The notes below the pieces were generated by a model that saw nothing but the letters and a program-made list of their open reading frames with translations, did no database searches and was not told the origin of the DNA. A program made the position numbers and the translations under genes. A DNA stretch of 53,905 nucleotides, taken from NCBI GenBank assembly GCA_025201805.1, contig MU619361.1, forward strand, positions 3,807 to 57,711, read 5' to 3'. The DNA is from Parasitella parasitica NRRL 2501. Its lineage: Eukaryota > Fungi > Mucoromycota. This document shows, one piece after another, positions 52,151-53,905 of this stretch; position 1 is the first letter of the stretch; the number at the start of each line of letters is the position of its first letter.

Positions 52151-53768
52151 TTAACTCATAATTACATCTTGCTGATCCATTTTTTCAGCCATCATTGCCA
52201 CAATGGCAGCGCCGACAATGCGTGAATGTTGCACAATGCCTACCGATAATCTTGATGCCACTTGCTCAGGGATTAGGTCTTTAATGGCTTCACAAACACG
52301 AGGATGGAATGAAGGATAATCTTTATATACGTCTCCACTAATGGCTATCGCCAAGAAAAGAGGGTTAGCATTATTTCTATATCGTATACAATATCTGAGA
52401 AACTTTTAGCTTTACCGATCGCAAATCCTTGATCTTGGTCTAAACTACCACATTCAACCATATATTTCACAACACTTGCAATGCTTGCACCCAGCAGTAA
52501 AGCAGCACGATGTCCAACCAGCTCACATACTTTTTTCACAATTCTTCTGTCCTCCAACGTCGTTTCACCAACTCGACACATGTCTTCCAGCACCAATCTC
52601 GTGTCTTCCAAACCATTTACATCAGCTTCGCAAACATACATGTAGCTTGTGTCAAATTGATAAGGCAATAGCAGTAAACATTCGTCATCTTCCTCTGCAT
52701 CCACTTCAAACGACAATACTTTTTGATTCATCAAATAAACCAAGACTTGTCGAGTGATTTCGCCGAGGTACATGCCTGCTGTCATTTTCTCAAAGCTGTG
52801 CACACCTGGGTTATTTGACTGCTGATCCAATAATGCATCAAACTCGGTTTTTGGCAAGTGCCTGGATCCAATATTGCACCATTCTGTGTTGATAATCATA
52901 TCATGATCTTGAGGATGTGCGTCTTTAAATTGTGCAATGTTGGACATCTTGTCGTAATATGCACAATTTGTGCCTGCACTATGAATTACACCAATACGAG
53001 TCGAAGGGTGTTGATATGCATGAGCCAAGAGGGTGCAAACGCCATCTGTTGCTTTTTGTCACTAACCAATGTCTGCTGGTTTTTTTTTTCGAGTGTGCTT
53101 ACCATTCGCTATAGCTACAATTTTGACAGCTAGTCCTTTTGCTCTAAATCGTTTATCAAACAAATCAACCGCATCGCAACCAATAACATTGGGAAACTCA
53201 AAGCCATGCTCAAGAGCAATGATGATTCCCTTGTCGAGGCCTGTTTGCAACACAGCAAAACCAATACTAATGGCCATGCTGTACACCGTTTCTTTATGTG
53301 TTCCTACGCGTTGTTGGAAATCAGCCACACAATCAGCAACATAGTCGATCAGGACACCGATATCGTCTCCTGCTGTCAAATTGTCCGGGATTTTGTACTG
53401 ATATTGGTTGATAGCTAATTTTCCACCTTCACCTTTTAATTTCACTTGACAAACGTAGATGTCAACGCCGCTAATTTCGAGCGCCAGGTAAGTGCCCTTT
53501 TCATTGCCTGTAGGGTAGCCTTTTGTGTGTCTTTGTTGGTTAGTGTATTACGCATCTTGGATTATCCTTGTTTTTCGTTTTCTTTACCTGTAACATATGA
53601 TGGAATCATCTTTAATTCGCTGCTTTTTGTTGCACGGTTAGCTATGCTTAAGCCGGCTTTCATTTCTTCGTTAAATCCAAGCACAAGATCATTTAGTTGA
53701 CTGTCTGTAACTTGAAAAGCGCTTTCTATCTCTGATAGTATTTGATTCTTATTAATATTAGTGTTCAT
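52151..53768 (-). CDS. Atypical hexokinase-like protein (4 exons)
   Basis: LKMIPSYV..PTGNEKGTYLAL, MIINTEW, NPG..FEKMTAGMYLGEI, VGAAIVA; several catalytic motifs are diverged. Confidence 0.9.
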
Positions 53769-53905
53769 TTTTATACTGTATATAATTTGTAACAAAAGAA
53801 GAGGAAGAAATATTTATTACAATAGGAGATATTAAAACTGTGGTGTAAAAAGGAAAAAGGAAAAAGGAAAAAGGCAAGATGGATCAGGCAGTTTTTTTTT
53901 TTTTT

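Noticed and set aside
10010-53768. U12-type (minor) introns
   Set aside because: Introns I reconstructed had ordinary GT-AG ends without the RTATCCT donor; not every intron was checked exhaustively

Overview
A eukaryotic, intron-rich fungal window. Short (~55-70 nt) GT-AG introns, AT-rich spacers, long poly-A/T tracts and the gene families present point to Mucorales (inference). About 20 protein-coding loci can be supported: a C2H2 zinc-finger array gene, RIB4, a VPS17-like PX-BAR gene, an ABHD12-like hydrolase, a SAM methyltransferase, a GCN4/CPC-1-like bZIP, a small zinc-finger gene, SRO7/tomosyn, SND2/TMEM208, RNA15/CstF-64, a zinc-finger pseudogene, a KTR/GT15 mannosyltransferase, an LRR protein, VMA4, a small orphan, a CDC4-like F-box/WD40, an alpha/beta-hydrolase-PTP fusion, an F-box/LRR, G3BP/Bre5 and an atypical hexokinase. 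There is one tRNA-Asp(GTC). Five N gaps and gene-poor relic zones lie at about 2.4-7.1, 37.8-41.5, 43.2-45.1 and 48.7-50.1 kb. The most interesting signals are: (1) a uORF/intron-containing leader on the GCN4-like gene; (2) a paralogous 'PDxxDPNFYC' zinc-finger array family with one live and one dead copy; (3) a hexokinase with degenerate ATP and sugar motifs; (4) an esterase-phosphatase fusion with both active sites intact; (5) an LRR protein with a putative BC-box and Cys cluster; (6) SND2 and RNA15 stop codons only 9 nt apart. All family calls come from motif recognition by eye; no searches were run.
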